DNA of 64,000 bases from Candidatus Eiseniibacteriota bacterium (GTDB lineage: Bacteria; Eisenbacteria; RBG-16-71-46; JABDJR01): NCBI GenBank assembly GCA_963762255.1, contig CAVXKA010000002.1, positions 96,001-160,000 on the forward strand. The letters run 5' to 3'. Every line of letters begins with the position of its first letter. The stretch's first letter is position 1. Below are positions 9,426 to 21,088 of this stretch, one piece after another. The translations under genes and the position numbers were made by a program. Below the pieces are notes generated by a model that was not told where the DNA came from, ran no database searches, and was given only the letters and a program-made list of their open reading frames with translations.

Positions 9426-11146
9426 GGGGTTTCCCGATAGAGAGGTTCGACCACGGCGCGACCGTCGCGCACGCTGAGCCGGTAGGGCCGCCGCTCGCGG
9501 TGCCGCTCCCAGAATCGGACGTTGCTCGTTCCTAGATCGGCCACGTAGAGAATCGGATCGGACAGGTCGGGGCGAGGGTTGGGGCGCCCGTAGACCCAGC
9601 TCCGCGCCGGCTGCTCCTGCGTGGAGTTTACGAAAACGATGGCGGGAGGATCGACCGTCGCCCGCACCTCCGCCCAGGGTTCCGCGATTCCGGCAGTCAG
9701 CTCCCGCAGGTGCTGCACCTGTGGCGGCCAGAAGATCGCGAGGGCCGTTGCCATCGAGGCCATCGCACCCGCGGCGACGACGCGAAGGCCCCAGCGTTCT
9801 GCGGCGCGGCGCATGCCGAGCGCGCTGAGCAGCGCGACGGGCAGGAGCATCTCGTAGGTCTTCACCGGCCCCGTGTCGTTGACCCCGATGGACCAGTAGG
9901 GGACGTAGGAAAGGAGGCCGACGAGAAGGGCCGCTGTGGCGACCCGTGCGGCCAGGCTCTCGTGCGCGCGGTCTCCTCGACGCACTCGCAAGAGCGCCAG
10001 CGCCAGAGGAAGCACGGCGAGCGGCCACCCCCAACTCCAGAAGTGAAGTCGGACCGCGAGGAGAGCGGCGTTTCGCAGTCCTTGAACCGGCGTGTGTTCG
10101 TGCACACCGGGCACGATGGGCCCGAAGCCGAATTCGATCATGGAGGGACCGCGGGCGGCCTGGTATCCGGTCACGAACGGGTTTCCGGTCACCGCCCGGT
10201 TGTAGAGGAGAAGGCACAGACCGGCAAGGATCGAGACGGCGAGAGCCGCAAGGACAGCGCGTTGGCGCCGCCGCAGAGCGGCGACCGCGAGCAGTCCGGC
10301 GGGGAAGATGCCAAGGGTCAGCGCGGTGTATGGGCGAGTGAGGAGGAGCAAGCCGAGGCCCGCGCCGGCGGCGACTCCAGCGCCGATCCCGTCCCGAGCC
10401 GTGGCACGCAGGCTTCCCCACGTGGCGAGGGCCAGCGCGAAGTACGCGGTGGAATGGCTCAGCAGCGTGGAACCGGTCAGCAGGAAGAGCGGGGAGGTGA
10501 GCAGGAGCAGGGTCGCGGCGAATCCCCACGAGGGGCCGAGGACGCGACGAAGGATCGCGAAGGAGAGGAGCGTGTTGACCGCTGCCATGAGGATCGGCAC
10601 CGCTCGTGCCCAGCCGAGGAGGATACCCGGGATGAGCGCGATGGGCTGCCCCGGCGGGTACTGCCCGAACCAGCGACCGTCGCGCACCGTAACGAAGACG
10701 TTGCTCAGGAACTCGGGGAGTGCCGGCGCAGGAGCCGCTGCGTGGCCGGCGAGGAGAAGGCGCGACTGAAAGAGATACACGTACTCGTCGTCGGTGACCA
10801 CCTGGTCGCGCAGGAGAACCAGCGACACGATGAGCGTCATACAGGCTGCGGCAAGTGCGAGCGCAGCCGCGGTGACCTTCGGGCTGCGGGCCCAGCGGCG
10901 CCCCGCGTGGGTGAGGCGATCCGCCGCCGGTTCCAGGGCGTAGGTCAAGAACATTGCCGCGAAAATCCCGACGGAGAGGTAGCGAAGGTAGAACCCGATC
11001 TCCCCGGGCGTCAGTTTCAGGAACCACTCCATCCCGTAGGCGAAGAACGGGTGTCGGTCCAACCCCGTCGCTGTCCAGCCTCGTCCCACCGCGAGCAGCG
11101 CGAGTCCACCCGCGAGGGCAACGATGCGTCTAGCGGCGGCGCCCAT
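9422..11146 (-). CDS. GT-C fold membrane glycosyltransferase (ArnT/GT39-like)
   Basis: DDEYVYLFQ acidic loop motif, YPPG, many TM helices. Confidence 0.75.
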   Translation of the reverse strand: MGAAARRIVALAGGLALLAVGRGWTATGLDRHPFFAYGMEWFLKLTPGEIGFYLRYLSVGIFAAMFLTYALEPAADRLTHAGRRWARSPKVTAAALALAAACMTLIVSLVLLRDQVVTDDEYVYLFQSRLLLAGHAAAPAPALPEFLSNVFVTVRDGRWFGQYPPGQPIALIPGILLGWARAVPILMAAVNTLLSFAILRRVLGPSWGFAATLLLLTSPLFLLTGSTLLSHSTAYFALALATWGSLRATARDGIGAGVAAGAGLGLLLLTRPYTALTLGIFPAGLLAVAALRRRQRAVLAALAVSILAGLCLLLYNRAVTGNPFVTGYQAARGPSMIEFGFGPIVPGVHEHTPVQGLRNAALLAVRLHFWSWGWPLAVLPLALALLRVRRGDRAHESLAARVATAALLVGLLSYVPYWSIGVNDTGPVKTYEMLLPVALLSALGMRRAAERWGLRVVAAGAMASMATALAIFWPPQVQHLRELTAGIAEPWAEVRATVDPPAIVFVNSTQEQPARSWVYGRPNPRPDLSDPILYVADLGTSNVRFWERHRERRPYRLSVRDGRAVVEPLYRETP

Positions 11147-13364
11147 CAGCTCGTGCCGGCCCCATCGCCTGCAGGCGCGCCCGCGCCTCGCCAGCCTGGG
11201 GTGCGCGCAGACGCGTCAGTGCCTCGTATGCCGTGCGTGCATCCTCGATGCGGCCCGCCCTCTCGTACAGAAACCCCAGGGCAAGGAGCGCCGCCGGGTT
11301 GGGGGCTCCCTCGTTGGCGGCCAGGAGATACGGTTCGGCATCCTTGTCCCGCCCGAGCTCCACGAGGAGCCTCCCCATCTCGAAGCGCACCCCGGTATCG
11401 GAGTTCCCCAGGTCCTGGGCATGCTGATACGCACCGAGCGCACCCAGGCGATCCCCGATGCCCACGAGGGCCGCTGCGAGAGCGAGCGATCCCTCTACGG
11501 AGTTCGGAGCGAGCGCGGCGCCTCGGCGGGCCGCTTCCAGGGCCTTGGCCGGATCTCCGTTCTTGCGATAGGCGACGCTTAACGTGAGCCATGCGGCGGC
11601 GAGATCGGGCTGCGCGGCGACGGATTCCTCCAGATAGGCCAACGCCCGCGCGGTGTCTCCTTTGGCGTAGGTGAGCACGCCGCGCCGGTAGGCGACGGTG
11701 CCGGCCACGTCGCCGATGCGACCTCCGCGAGCTTGCTCCAGCCGGTCGAGAATCTCGAGCGCGTCATCGAGGCGTCCCGCCTTGCGGTAGAGCTCCTCGA
11801 TGTTGAAGTAGGTCTCCGCTTGCCCGGGGTCGACGGCGAGAGCGTGGCGGTAGTGATTCGTGGCCTCCAGGGTCTTTCCCTGAAGAGCGAGAGCGCGTCC
11901 CAGGTTGTTGAGCGCCTCGGGATTATTGGGGTTCGCGTCGAGCGCCCTTTGAAAGGCTTGTGCCGCCCCGGTGAGATCGCCCTGCTGGAGGAGCGTCGCG
12001 CCCTCGACGTTGGCCATGTGGGACCGCGCCAGCGCCTGTTGAACGAGCGGGATGAACGCGAGGCCGGCGTAGAGCGCGGCCGCCCCGACGACCGCGAGAA
12101 GCGGCACCGGGCGCCGTCGCCAGGCGAGGATGCGCTCAACGGCAAGCCCGCAGGCCGGCCAGAGCAGTACGGCCAGCGGAAGACGATAGCGTGCGGTGAC
12201 GAAGAAGAGCATGACGGAGAGCAGGAGCGCGATGAAGAACGTCGCCCATTCGCGTCGCCCGCTCCACCATGCGAGGGCGAGGCCCACTCCTCCCAGCGGG
12301 AGGAGCCACCCCAGGGTGGGAAGGAAGCGCAGCACGACCGCCTTGGCTCGGAAGTAGTCGTAATCGTAGTGGTTGGGGATCTCGTAGTCGTTGAGCGCGA
12401 GCAAAGCCTTGCGGGCGGTGAGCCCGAGGGCTCGGCCGGGCTCGCCGATCCAGAAGTCCGCGCCGCGCTGGAACCAGTGGCGATCGGCCTGCGCGAGAGT
12501 GAGCTTGTGCCCCCGGGCGCGTTCGGCAATCTCGCGCGCGCTCGTGAAGAGTCCCTCCGGGCGGTTCAGGAGGCCTGAATCCGGCGGGATATGAAAGGTG
12601 CCGTCCGCGTCGGGGTTGTTGCCGATGTAGAAGTTGATCCCACCGTTGGCGGAGATGAGGACCGGCTCTCCGGAGACCGCGAGGTTGCGGACGCCGGTCA
12701 TTGCGGGAAGAACGGCAAGGCCGGCGAGAAGGAGAAGCGCCGCTCGGCGATCGGGCCAACCCCAACGCGTCGGAGCGAGCAGCGCGGCAGCGGTGATGAG
12801 GCCGCCGGCGAGAAGGAAGCTGGGTTGGGCAAGTGCGGCCGCGCCAAGGCAGAGTCCGACAGCGAACGCGCTGCGCCGCCGGCCCCAGAATACGAGCGCA
12901 AGCTCGAGGAGAAACACCGCGAGCGAGATGGAGAGGAGCTCGCCCTCGAAGAAAATGAAGGGGCCGTAGAGCGCGCCCCCGGCGGCGGCCACTATGGCCC
13001 CGATCGATCCGGCCAGACGCCGTCCAAGGATCCAGAGGAGGCCCACCCCGGCGACCCCGAGCGCGAACTGCACCGCGCGGGCGCCGGCCAGGCCGAAACC
13101 GAGCGCGTTCATGCCGAAGAGGAACCAGGGATAGAGGGGGCCCTGGGTGTAGGGGGCGCCGGCGGGGGCAAGAGGGCCCTCGCGCTGCATCGTTTCGGCG
13201 AGGCCCACGTAGGTCGCGGCGTCTCCGGTCGGTTGCTGGAACAGGGGAAGGTCGCGCACCTCAGCCCAATACAGCGCCCGCACCACCATCGCGAGGAGCA
13301 GACAGAGAAGCAACGCGCCGCGGGCGATGCGCCCACCGGAATCGAAAGCCGCGGGAATCGTCAT
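11130..13364 (-). CDS. GT-C glycosyltransferase with C-terminal TPR array
   Basis: GDAATY, PLYP, FFEGELL, GINFYIGNN, EIPN, FFVTARYRLP, followed by TPR repeats. Confidence 0.8.
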   Translation of the reverse strand: MTIPAAFDSGGRIARGALLLCLLLAMVVRALYWAEVRDLPLFQQPTGDAATYVGLAETMQREGPLAPAGAPYTQGPLYPWFLFGMNALGFGLAGARAVQFALGVAGVGLLWILGRRLAGSIGAIVAAAGGALYGPFIFFEGELLSISLAVFLLELALVFWGRRRSAFAVGLCLGAAALAQPSFLLAGGLITAAALLAPTRWGWPDRRAALLLLAGLAVLPAMTGVRNLAVSGEPVLISANGGINFYIGNNPDADGTFHIPPDSGLLNRPEGLFTSAREIAERARGHKLTLAQADRHWFQRGADFWIGEPGRALGLTARKALLALNDYEIPNHYDYDYFRAKAVVLRFLPTLGWLLPLGGVGLALAWWSGRREWATFFIALLLSVMLFFVTARYRLPLAVLLWPACGLAVERILAWRRRPVPLLAVVGAAALYAGLAFIPLVQQALARSHMANVEGATLLQQGDLTGAAQAFQRALDANPNNPEALNNLGRALALQGKTLEATNHYRHALAVDPGQAETYFNIEELYRKAGRLDDALEILDRLEQARGGRIGDVAGTVAYRRGVLTYAKGDTARALAYLEESVAAQPDLAAAWLTLSVAYRKNGDPAKALEAARRGAALAPNSVEGSLALAAALVGIGDRLGALGAYQHAQDLGNSDTGVRFEMGRLLVELGRDKDAEPYLLAANEGAPNPAALLALGFLYERAGRIEDARTAYEALTRLRAPQAGEARARLQAMGPARADGRRR

Positions 13365-13484
13365 GTCTCGCGTATACCCCATCGGTTCGAACTCGTAACC
13401 CTTGCGCGTTGCTCCTGGAGGCCCGACAGTCTAGCATTGTCTTTGCGATTTTCGGACCCGGCCCCACACCCTCAGGATTGACCC

Positions 13485-14306
13485 GTGATTGGAACCGAAT
13501 TGACCGGCAAACATCAAGCGGCCCTGGATATCTTGCGTTCCCTGGGGGGCGCGGTGGTCGCCTTCTCCGCCGGCGTGGATTCAACCCTTCTGCTCCGGCT
13601 GGCCAAGGATGCGCTGGGAAACCGGTGCGTGGCCCTGACCGCGGTCTCGCCCAGCCTACCGGCGCGCGAGCGGGTGGAGGCGGAGGCGCTGTCCGCTGCG
13701 ATCGGGGTGCCCCACATCTGGCGCGAGTCGCATGAACTGGAGCGGCCGGGTTTTGCCGAGAACCCCACCAATCGCTGCTACTACTGCAAGAGTGAGCTCT
13801 TCGATCTCTGCTTCGAGGACGCGGAGCGACTGGGGTTCGAGACCGTGGTCTACGGCGCCACGGTCGACGATTTGGGAGATCACCGGCCCGGGATGGCGGC
13901 CGCCCGACAGCGGGACGCGCGGGCGCCGCTCCTGGAGGCGGGGCTCGGCAAGGATGAGATCCGCGCCCTCTCGCGCGAGCTCGGCCTGCCCACATGGAAC
14001 AAGCCGGCCATGGCCTGTCTTTCGTCGCGGTTTCCGTACGGCACCGCCATCGACGCACAGCGGCTCGGACGCGTGGAGCGGGCAGAGGAGGCGCTCCGGT
14101 GTGAGGGTTTCCGCGAGCTGCGCGTGCGATTTCACGAGGATATCGCGCGCGTGGAGTTGGGCCGCGCCGAGTGGTTGCGCTTGAGCGATCCCGCGACGCG
14201 CGAGCGGGTGGCGCAGGCGATCCGGGCCGCAGGTTTTCGATTTGTAGCGCTGGATCTCGAACCGTTCCGCAGCGGGCGCCTGAACGAGGGCGCCGCCGCC
14301 GACTGA
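13485..14306 (+). CDS. larE: ATP-dependent sacrificial sulfur transferase LarE
   Basis: PP-loop AFSAGVDS, NRCYYCK, DHRPG, ACLSSRFPYG, FRSGRLN. Confidence 0.92.
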   Translation: MIGTELTGKHQAALDILRSLGGAVVAFSAGVDSTLLLRLAKDALGNRCVALTAVSPSLPARERVEAEALSAAIGVPHIWRESHELERPGFAENPTNRCYYCKSELFDLCFEDAERLGFETVVYGATVDDLGDHRPGMAAARQRDARAPLLEAGLGKDEIRALSRELGLPTWNKPAMACLSSRFPYGTAIDAQRLGRVERAEEALRCEGFRELRVRFHEDIARVELGRAEWLRLSDPATRERVAQAIRAAGFRFVALDLEPFRSGRLNEGAAAD

Positions 14307-14315
14307 TCCGCCACC

Positions 14316-15803
14316 ATGACCATGCACGATCTGGAACGGCGCTTTTGCGCCAGCCTCAACGTTGCCACGGTCCGCGAGGCCGCCGCGCGGGCGCGAAGCC
14401 TCCCGCCGGAGGTCCCCCTGGTCGAGTTACGCGCGGATCTCCTCGATCCCGGCGAGATGGCGTCTGCCGCCTGGACGCGGCTTCCCGAGGAGACGAGCCA
14501 TCTGCGCTGGACTTTCACCTGGCGTTCCCCCGGCCAAGGGGGGCGGGCGCCGCGACCGCGCGGCGTGCTCGCCCGCGCTCTCGCCGCGGGCTTCGCGGTG
14601 GTGGATGTCGAAGCGGCTGACTTGGAGCGCGGGGACCCGGAGGCGACGGCTGTTCCCCCGGAGCGGAGATGGATCAGCCGGCACCGGCTGGATCCGCTGG
14701 CGGGGCCGGACGAACTCATGGTCGAGTGGGAGGGCCTGCGGTGTCACGCCGGCGCACTCCGCAAGTTGGTCGTGCCCGCACACGACTTTCGGGTGAACGA
14801 CTGGGTCTTGGCTCTGGTGTCCAGCGTGGCCGGCGGAGACGAACCTCCCTGCACGATCTTCGCCTCAGGGGGAATCGGCCATGTCTCCAGGATTGTAGGC
14901 TACTTGTTGGGAAATTCCGTGACCTATCTCGCGGTGGACGAGGGCGAGGAGACCGCGGCCGGCCAGCCCACCCTTCGGCAGGCCCTGGACGTTTATCAGC
15001 TCTCGCATCTTCCCCCCGATCCCCGCCTCTACGGCGTGCTGGGTGGGAAAGCGGGCGCCTCGCGGTCGCCCGAACTGCACAACCATGCGTTTCGGATGTG
15101 CGGAGAGCGATCGCTCTACCTTCCGCTGGCCAGTTCGGACCCGACCCCGGTCCTGGCCTGGCTTGCCACCGGGCGGCTGCGGGGGCTGAGCGTAACCATG
15201 CCGCACAAGGAGGCGGCGCTCACGGCCGTGGAGCGCATCGAGGAAGACGCGCGTCGGGTTGGAGCTGTCAACACCCTTTGGTCGGAGGACGGGCTGGTGC
15301 ACGGAGCCAACACCGATCTCGATGCGGCGCGCGGGATTCTGAGCGATCTCGGCCTGGTTTCGGGCAACGCGATCGCCGTCCTCGGCGCGGGAGGAGCGGC
15401 GGCGGCGGTGCTTGTAGCCGCGCGGACCCTGGGTCTCGAGTGCACGGTCTACAACCGCTCGCTGGGACGCGCCGAGACCCTCTGCGCGCGACTGGGCGGG
15501 CGCTACGCCGGCCCCCCCGAGGAATTGACTCCCCGGTCCTACCAAGGCGTGGTGAACGCCACCCCGATGGGCGGGGCGGTGTCGCTGCCAGAAAGCTTGA
15601 AGTGCGCCGACTGGTCCGGGGTCGCGGTCCTCGATCTGGCCTATGCGAAGGATGTGACCGAGCTGGAGAAGATCGCGGCCGCGGCGGACGCGCGGTTCGT
15701 CGGGGGGCTCGACTTTCTGGCCCGCCAGGCCGCGGGTCAGTTCCGTCGGTGGACGCATCGTCATCTCGATCCCCATCACTTCGCGGCAGGCCTGCGCCGG
15801 TGA
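14316..15803 (+). CDS. aroE: Bifunctional type I 3-dehydroquinate dehydratase / shikimate dehydrogenase
   Basis: N-term ELRAD, K of RKLVV, TAAGQ; C-term SRSPELHN, SVTMPHK, GAVNT, NTD, GAGGAA, NATP. Confidence 0.87.
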   Translation: MTMHDLERRFCASLNVATVREAAARARSLPPEVPLVELRADLLDPGEMASAAWTRLPEETSHLRWTFTWRSPGQGGRAPRPRGVLARALAAGFAVVDVEAADLERGDPEATAVPPERRWISRHRLDPLAGPDELMVEWEGLRCHAGALRKLVVPAHDFRVNDWVLALVSSVAGGDEPPCTIFASGGIGHVSRIVGYLLGNSVTYLAVDEGEETAAGQPTLRQALDVYQLSHLPPDPRLYGVLGGKAGASRSPELHNHAFRMCGERSLYLPLASSDPTPVLAWLATGRLRGLSVTMPHKEAALTAVERIEEDARRVGAVNTLWSEDGLVHGANTDLDAARGILSDLGLVSGNAIAVLGAGGAAAAVLVAARTLGLECTVYNRSLGRAETLCARLGGRYAGPPEELTPRSYQGVVNATPMGGAVSLPESLKCADWSGVAVLDLAYAKDVTELEKIAAAADARFVGGLDFLARQAAGQFRRWTHRHLDPHHFAAGLRR

Positions 15804-17332
15804 GCGCGGCGAGCGAATCGGCGCGCGCGCGGGAGTCGCGGCCGGATCGGGAAGAGTTCCATCGCCAAGCCACAGAGGCCCGCGTGGTATCGGTGGTGCG
15901 CACCCTCTCCGCGGAAGGATGGACACCGGTCTCGGCATTTCATCGTCTGGCCGGAACGAAACCGGACGTCTTCCTGTTCGAGAGCGTTGAGAGGGGCGAG
16001 ACGATCGGACGACACTCCCTTCTCGGGAGGCGCCCGTTCCTGCGTGTCGTCGCTCGGGGCGACCATGTCGAACTCGCGGGGGTGGACGCGAACCGGCACC
16101 GCGTCGAGGGGATGGACCCGCCGACGGCCCTGCGCGCCATCTTCGACGCGTACCGCCGCCCGTCTGCCCTTCCGCTTCCGCCGTTCGTCGCGGGGGCCGT
16201 CGGCTATTTCGGTTACGACACGGCGCGTTGGATGGAACGCGTCCCGGATCGCGCGCGGCCGGCGCCCCCCGAACCCGACCTCACTTTGCTCTTTCCTGAG
16301 GAAGTGGCTGTCTTCGACCACGCGCTCCAACAACTCCACCTGACCGTGAACGCGCGGATGCTCGCCGGCGAAGATTCGGACGGCGCCTATGCCCGTGCGA
16401 TGGGGCAACTGGATGCGTTCGAAGCGGAGTTGGGCACGCCGGCAGCGATGCCCGAGCGTGAAGAAGGGAAGGGGCGCGAGATCCGCGGCTCGGAGCCTGC
16501 GGCGCCCACGTCGAATCTGAGCCGCGACGCCTTTGCCGACCGGGTGCGCGAAGCCAAGCGTCTCATTGCCGGCGGGGACATCTTCCAGGTGGTCTTGAGC
16601 CGCCGCTTGCGCGTGCCGTGCCGCGCCGATGACCTCTCGCTCTATCGCGAGCTCCGCGCTCTGAACCCGTCCCCCTACATGTTCCTGCTGCGCCTGGACG
16701 GATGGAGCGCGGTGGGATCGAGTCCGGAGCCCCTCCTGCGCGTAACCGGAGATCGCCTCCAGTACCGTCCCATCGCCGGCACCGCGCCTCGATGCGGGGA
16801 CGACGTCGAGGACGATCGCCGCGCCGCCGCGCTCATCGCGGATCCGAAGGAGCGCGCTGAGCACGTGATGTTGGTCGACCTGGGGCGCAACGACCTCGGC
16901 CGCGTGGCCGTTCCAGGGTCGGTGCGAGTGGACGAGTTCATGACCGTCGAGCGCTACTCGCACGTCATGCATCTGGTGAGCGGGCTCTCCGCACGGCTGC
17001 GGCCCGACCTGGGTGCGCTCGACGCGTTCTTCGCCTGTTTTCCCGCGGGAACGGTGAGCGGCGCGCCCAAAGTGCGCGCGATGGAGATCATCGAAGATCT
17101 CGAACCGGAGCGGCGCGGTCTCTACGGCGGCGCGGTGGGCTACCTCGATTTCTCGGGCAACCTCGACACGTGCATCGCGCTGCGCACGATGGTGGTGCGC
17201 GACGGGGAAGTGCGGGTGCAGGCCGGGGCGGGCATCGTGGCGGATTCCGACCCGGAGCGCGAGTTCGAGGAGACGGAGCACAAGGCGGGGGCCCTCCTCG
17301 AAGCGGTGCGTCGCGCGGAGACGGCGGGATGA
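15800..17332 (+). CDS. trpE: Anthranilate synthase component I
   Basis: [45 protein letters not shown]; GTG overlaps aroDE stop. Confidence 0.93.
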   Translation: MSAASESARARESRPDREEFHRQATEARVVSVVRTLSAEGWTPVSAFHRLAGTKPDVFLFESVERGETIGRHSLLGRRPFLRVVARGDHVELAGVDANRHRVEGMDPPTALRAIFDAYRRPSALPLPPFVAGAVGYFGYDTARWMERVPDRARPAPPEPDLTLLFPEEVAVFDHALQQLHLTVNARMLAGEDSDGAYARAMGQLDAFEAELGTPAAMPEREEGKGREIRGSEPAAPTSNLSRDAFADRVREAKRLIAGGDIFQVVLSRRLRVPCRADDLSLYRELRALNPSPYMFLLRLDGWSAVGSSPEPLLRVTGDRLQYRPIAGTAPRCGDDVEDDRRAAALIADPKERAEHVMLVDLGRNDLGRVAVPGSVRVDEFMTVERYSHVMHLVSGLSARLRPDLGALDAFFACFPAGTVSGAPKVRAMEIIEDLEPERRGLYGGAVGYLDFSGNLDTCIALRTMVVRDGEVRVQAGAGIVADSDPEREFEETEHKAGALLEAVRRAETAG

Positions 17333-17969
17333 TGCGCCGGCCGTGGGTCAAGGTGTGCGGGATCACGCGGCTCGCGGACGCCGAGGCCGCGATCGCCGCG
17401 GGAGCGGACGCGGTCGGGTTCGTTCTCGTCCCTTCGAGCCCGCGATGCGTCACGCCCGCCGAGGCCGCGCGCATCGTCGCGCGGCTGCCCGAGCGGACGG
17501 CGAAGGTGGGGGTGGTCGTGTCGGAGCCACCCGCAACCGTGCGAGCCCTCATCACGGAGATCGGCCTCACGGCGATTCAGGCTCACGGGGACGAAACCCC
17601 GGAGGAATGTGCCGAGTATGGCGTCCCGGTGGTGAAGGCGTTCGGCGTCGGTCCGACCTTCGATCCCGCGACGATCGAGCCGTTCGGCGCCCACGCGGTT
17701 CTGCTCGACGGCGTGGCGGGGGAGGCGCGCGGCGGCACCGGCCGGCTGGCGGACTGGGAAATCGCGCGGCGGCTGGTGGAGAGCGGCTACCGCGTGCTGC
17801 TGGCGGGCGGCCTCGCGCCGGAGAACCTCGTCGAGGCGGTGGAGACGGTCGAGCCGTTGGGGATCGATCTCAACAGCGGGGTCGAGCGCGCGCCGGGGAT
17901 CAAGGACCAGGATCGATTGGCGCGGGCCCTCGGCGCGCTGGCGCACTGGGCGCCGCCAAAGGAGAGCAC

Positions 17970-17982
<13 letters not shown>
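17329..17982 (+). CDS. trpF: Phosphoribosylanthranilate isomerase
   Basis: VKVCGIT, QAHGDE, GGTG, LAGGL, SGVE. Confidence 0.95.
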
Positions 17983-19167
<1,185 letters not shown>

Positions 19168-19175
<8 letters not shown>

Positions 19176-19950
19176 GCGCATCGAGAGGATGTTGGCCGGG
19201 CGCGGTGCGCACCCCCTCATCATTCCCTACCTCACCGCGGGATACCCCGACGCATCGGAGACGGTGGAGCTACTCCTCGCGCTGGAGCGGGGAGGGGCCG
19301 ACGCCGTCGAGTTGGGGCTTCCCTTCAGCGATCCCCTGGCCGATGGGCCGATCATCCAAGCTACGTCGCAGGTCGCGTTGCGTGCGGGGATGACCCACCG
19401 ACGCGCGCTCGACCTTGTCGCCGCGTTTCGCGCGCGATCCGCCCTGCCGCTCCTCCTCATGGGCTATGTGAACCCGATCCTGGCCTACGGTCCCGACCGC
19501 TTCTTCACCGATGCGGCCGCAGCCGGCGCGGACGGACTGATCCTGCCCGATCTCCCCCCTGAGGAGACCGGCCCCTTCCACGGCAGGGCAGTCGAGCGGG
19601 GGCTCGCCTGGGTCTTCCTCGCCGCGCCCACCAGCTCGGAGGAGCGGCTTCGAGAGGTGGATCGCCTCTCGACTCATTTCAACTACTGCGTCTCGGTGGC
19701 CGGGGTGACCGGAGAGCGATCCGAACTGGCCGCGGGCCTCGGTGCGTACCTCGACCGGGCGGCCCGTGTGATGCGAAAGCCGTTCGTCGTGGGCTTCGGC
19801 ATCTCGCGGGCGGAGCAGGTGCGCCTTGTCGTCCCCCCCGCGGCGGGGGTCGTGGTGGGGAGCGGGCTGCTCCGGGTCCTGGGCGAGGAATCCGATGCAG
19901 CCGGCCGGCGGCGGCGCGCGGAGGCCACCGTGCGAGGGCTTCGCCCGTGA
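19168..19950 (+). CDS. trpA: Tryptophan synthase alpha chain
   Basis: [33 protein letters not shown]. Confidence 0.96.
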
Positions 19951-20065
19951 CCGGTTGCTTTCGTGCCCGCGCCCGGTCAAAATCCTCGCCTCCCCGAGAG
20001 GCGGCCATCCCTCCGATGGGCTCCCTCGCACGATGCCGGTCCCGCGGTTTCTGGAGGTCTTGCGC

Positions 20066-21088
20066 ATGCTGATCGTCATGAAGAAGGACGCGAGTCCGCG
20101 AGAGATCGAGCATGTGGTGGAGACCGTCCGCCGCATGGGGCTCACCCCGCATCCGATCCCCGGCACGCAGCGCATGGCCATCGGGATCACCGGGAACAAG
20201 GGAGGTCTCGAGCCGCAGGCGATCGAGGGACTTCCCGGCGTACTCGAAGCGATCGCGGTGTCCAAGCCGTTCAAGCAGGTGAGCCGCGAGTGGAAAGACG
20301 CCGACACGATCGTCGACGTGAAGGGGGTGAAGATCGGCGGGCGCGGCATCGTGGTCATGGCCGGGCCCTGCGCGGTGGAGAGCTACGAGCAGACCCTCGC
20401 CACGGCCCTCGGTGTGAAGGCTGGTGGCGCGCACATGCTTCGCGGCGGGGCATTCAAACCGCGCACCTCGCCCTACGCGTTTCAAGGATTGGGGGAGCCG
20501 GGCCTGGAGATTCTGGCCCGCGTGCGCGACAAGGTGGGTTTGCCGGTGGTGACCGAGGCGATCGACGCCGAGGGCGTGGCTCTCGTGGAGCGCTATGCCG
20601 ACATGATCCAGATCGGGGCCCGCAACATGCAGAACTTCTCCCTTCTCAAGCGGGCCGGGCGGTCGCGGCTACCGGTGCTGCTGAAGCGGGGGATGAGCGC
20701 CACGATCGAGGAGCTGCTCCTGGCCGCCGAGTACATCGTGAGCGAGGGGAACCCGAACGTGGTCCTCTGCGAACGCGGCGTGCGCACCTTCGCCGACCAC
20801 ACCCGCAACACCCTCGACCTCTCCGCCATCCCGGCGGTCAAACGGTTGAGCCACCTCCCGATTCTCGCCGATCCCAGTCACGGAACCGGCCGGCGGGAGA
20901 AAGTGGTGCCCATGGCGCGGGCCGCGGTGGCCGCGGGGGCGGACGGGCTCATCATCGAAGTGCACAACCAGCCGGAGACGGCCTTGTCGGACGGGTACCA
21001 GTCCTTGCTCCCCGAGTCCTTCGCCGAACTCATGGAACAGCTTCGCCGTCTGGCCCCGGTGTTGGGCCGGGAAGTGCCGTCGTCGTGA
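20066..21088 (+). CDS. aroF: DAHP synthase (class I-beta, N-terminal regulatory domain)
   Basis: [34 protein letters not shown]; SD GGAGG before ATG 20066. Confidence 0.95.
   Translation: MLIVMKKDASPREIEHVVETVRRMGLTPHPIPGTQRMAIGITGNKGGLEPQAIEGLPGVLEAIAVSKPFKQVSREWKDADTIVDVKGVKIGGRGIVVMAGPCAVESYEQTLATALGVKAGGAHMLRGGAFKPRTSPYAFQGLGEPGLEILARVRDKVGLPVVTEAIDAEGVALVERYADMIQIGARNMQNFSLLKRAGRSRLPVLLKRGMSATIEELLLAAEYIVSEGNPNVVLCERGVRTFADHTRNTLDLSAIPAVKRLSHLPILADPSHGTGRREKVVPMARAAVAAGADGLIIEVHNQPETALSDGYQSLLPESFAELMEQLRRLAPVLGREVPSS

Noticed and set aside
14669-15799. Apparent long N-terminal extension on TrpE (also on 8517..11027, 19963..21807, 48533..50974, 17343..19175)
   Set aside because: Extensions are off-frame overlaps with upstream genes; real starts lie at stop/start junctions or SD sites
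19951-20065. Attenuator or leader peptide upstream of aroF (and of trpE)
   Set aside because: Only short hairpins; no aromatic-codon-rich leader, T-box or U-tract terminator; trpE has no intergenic leader
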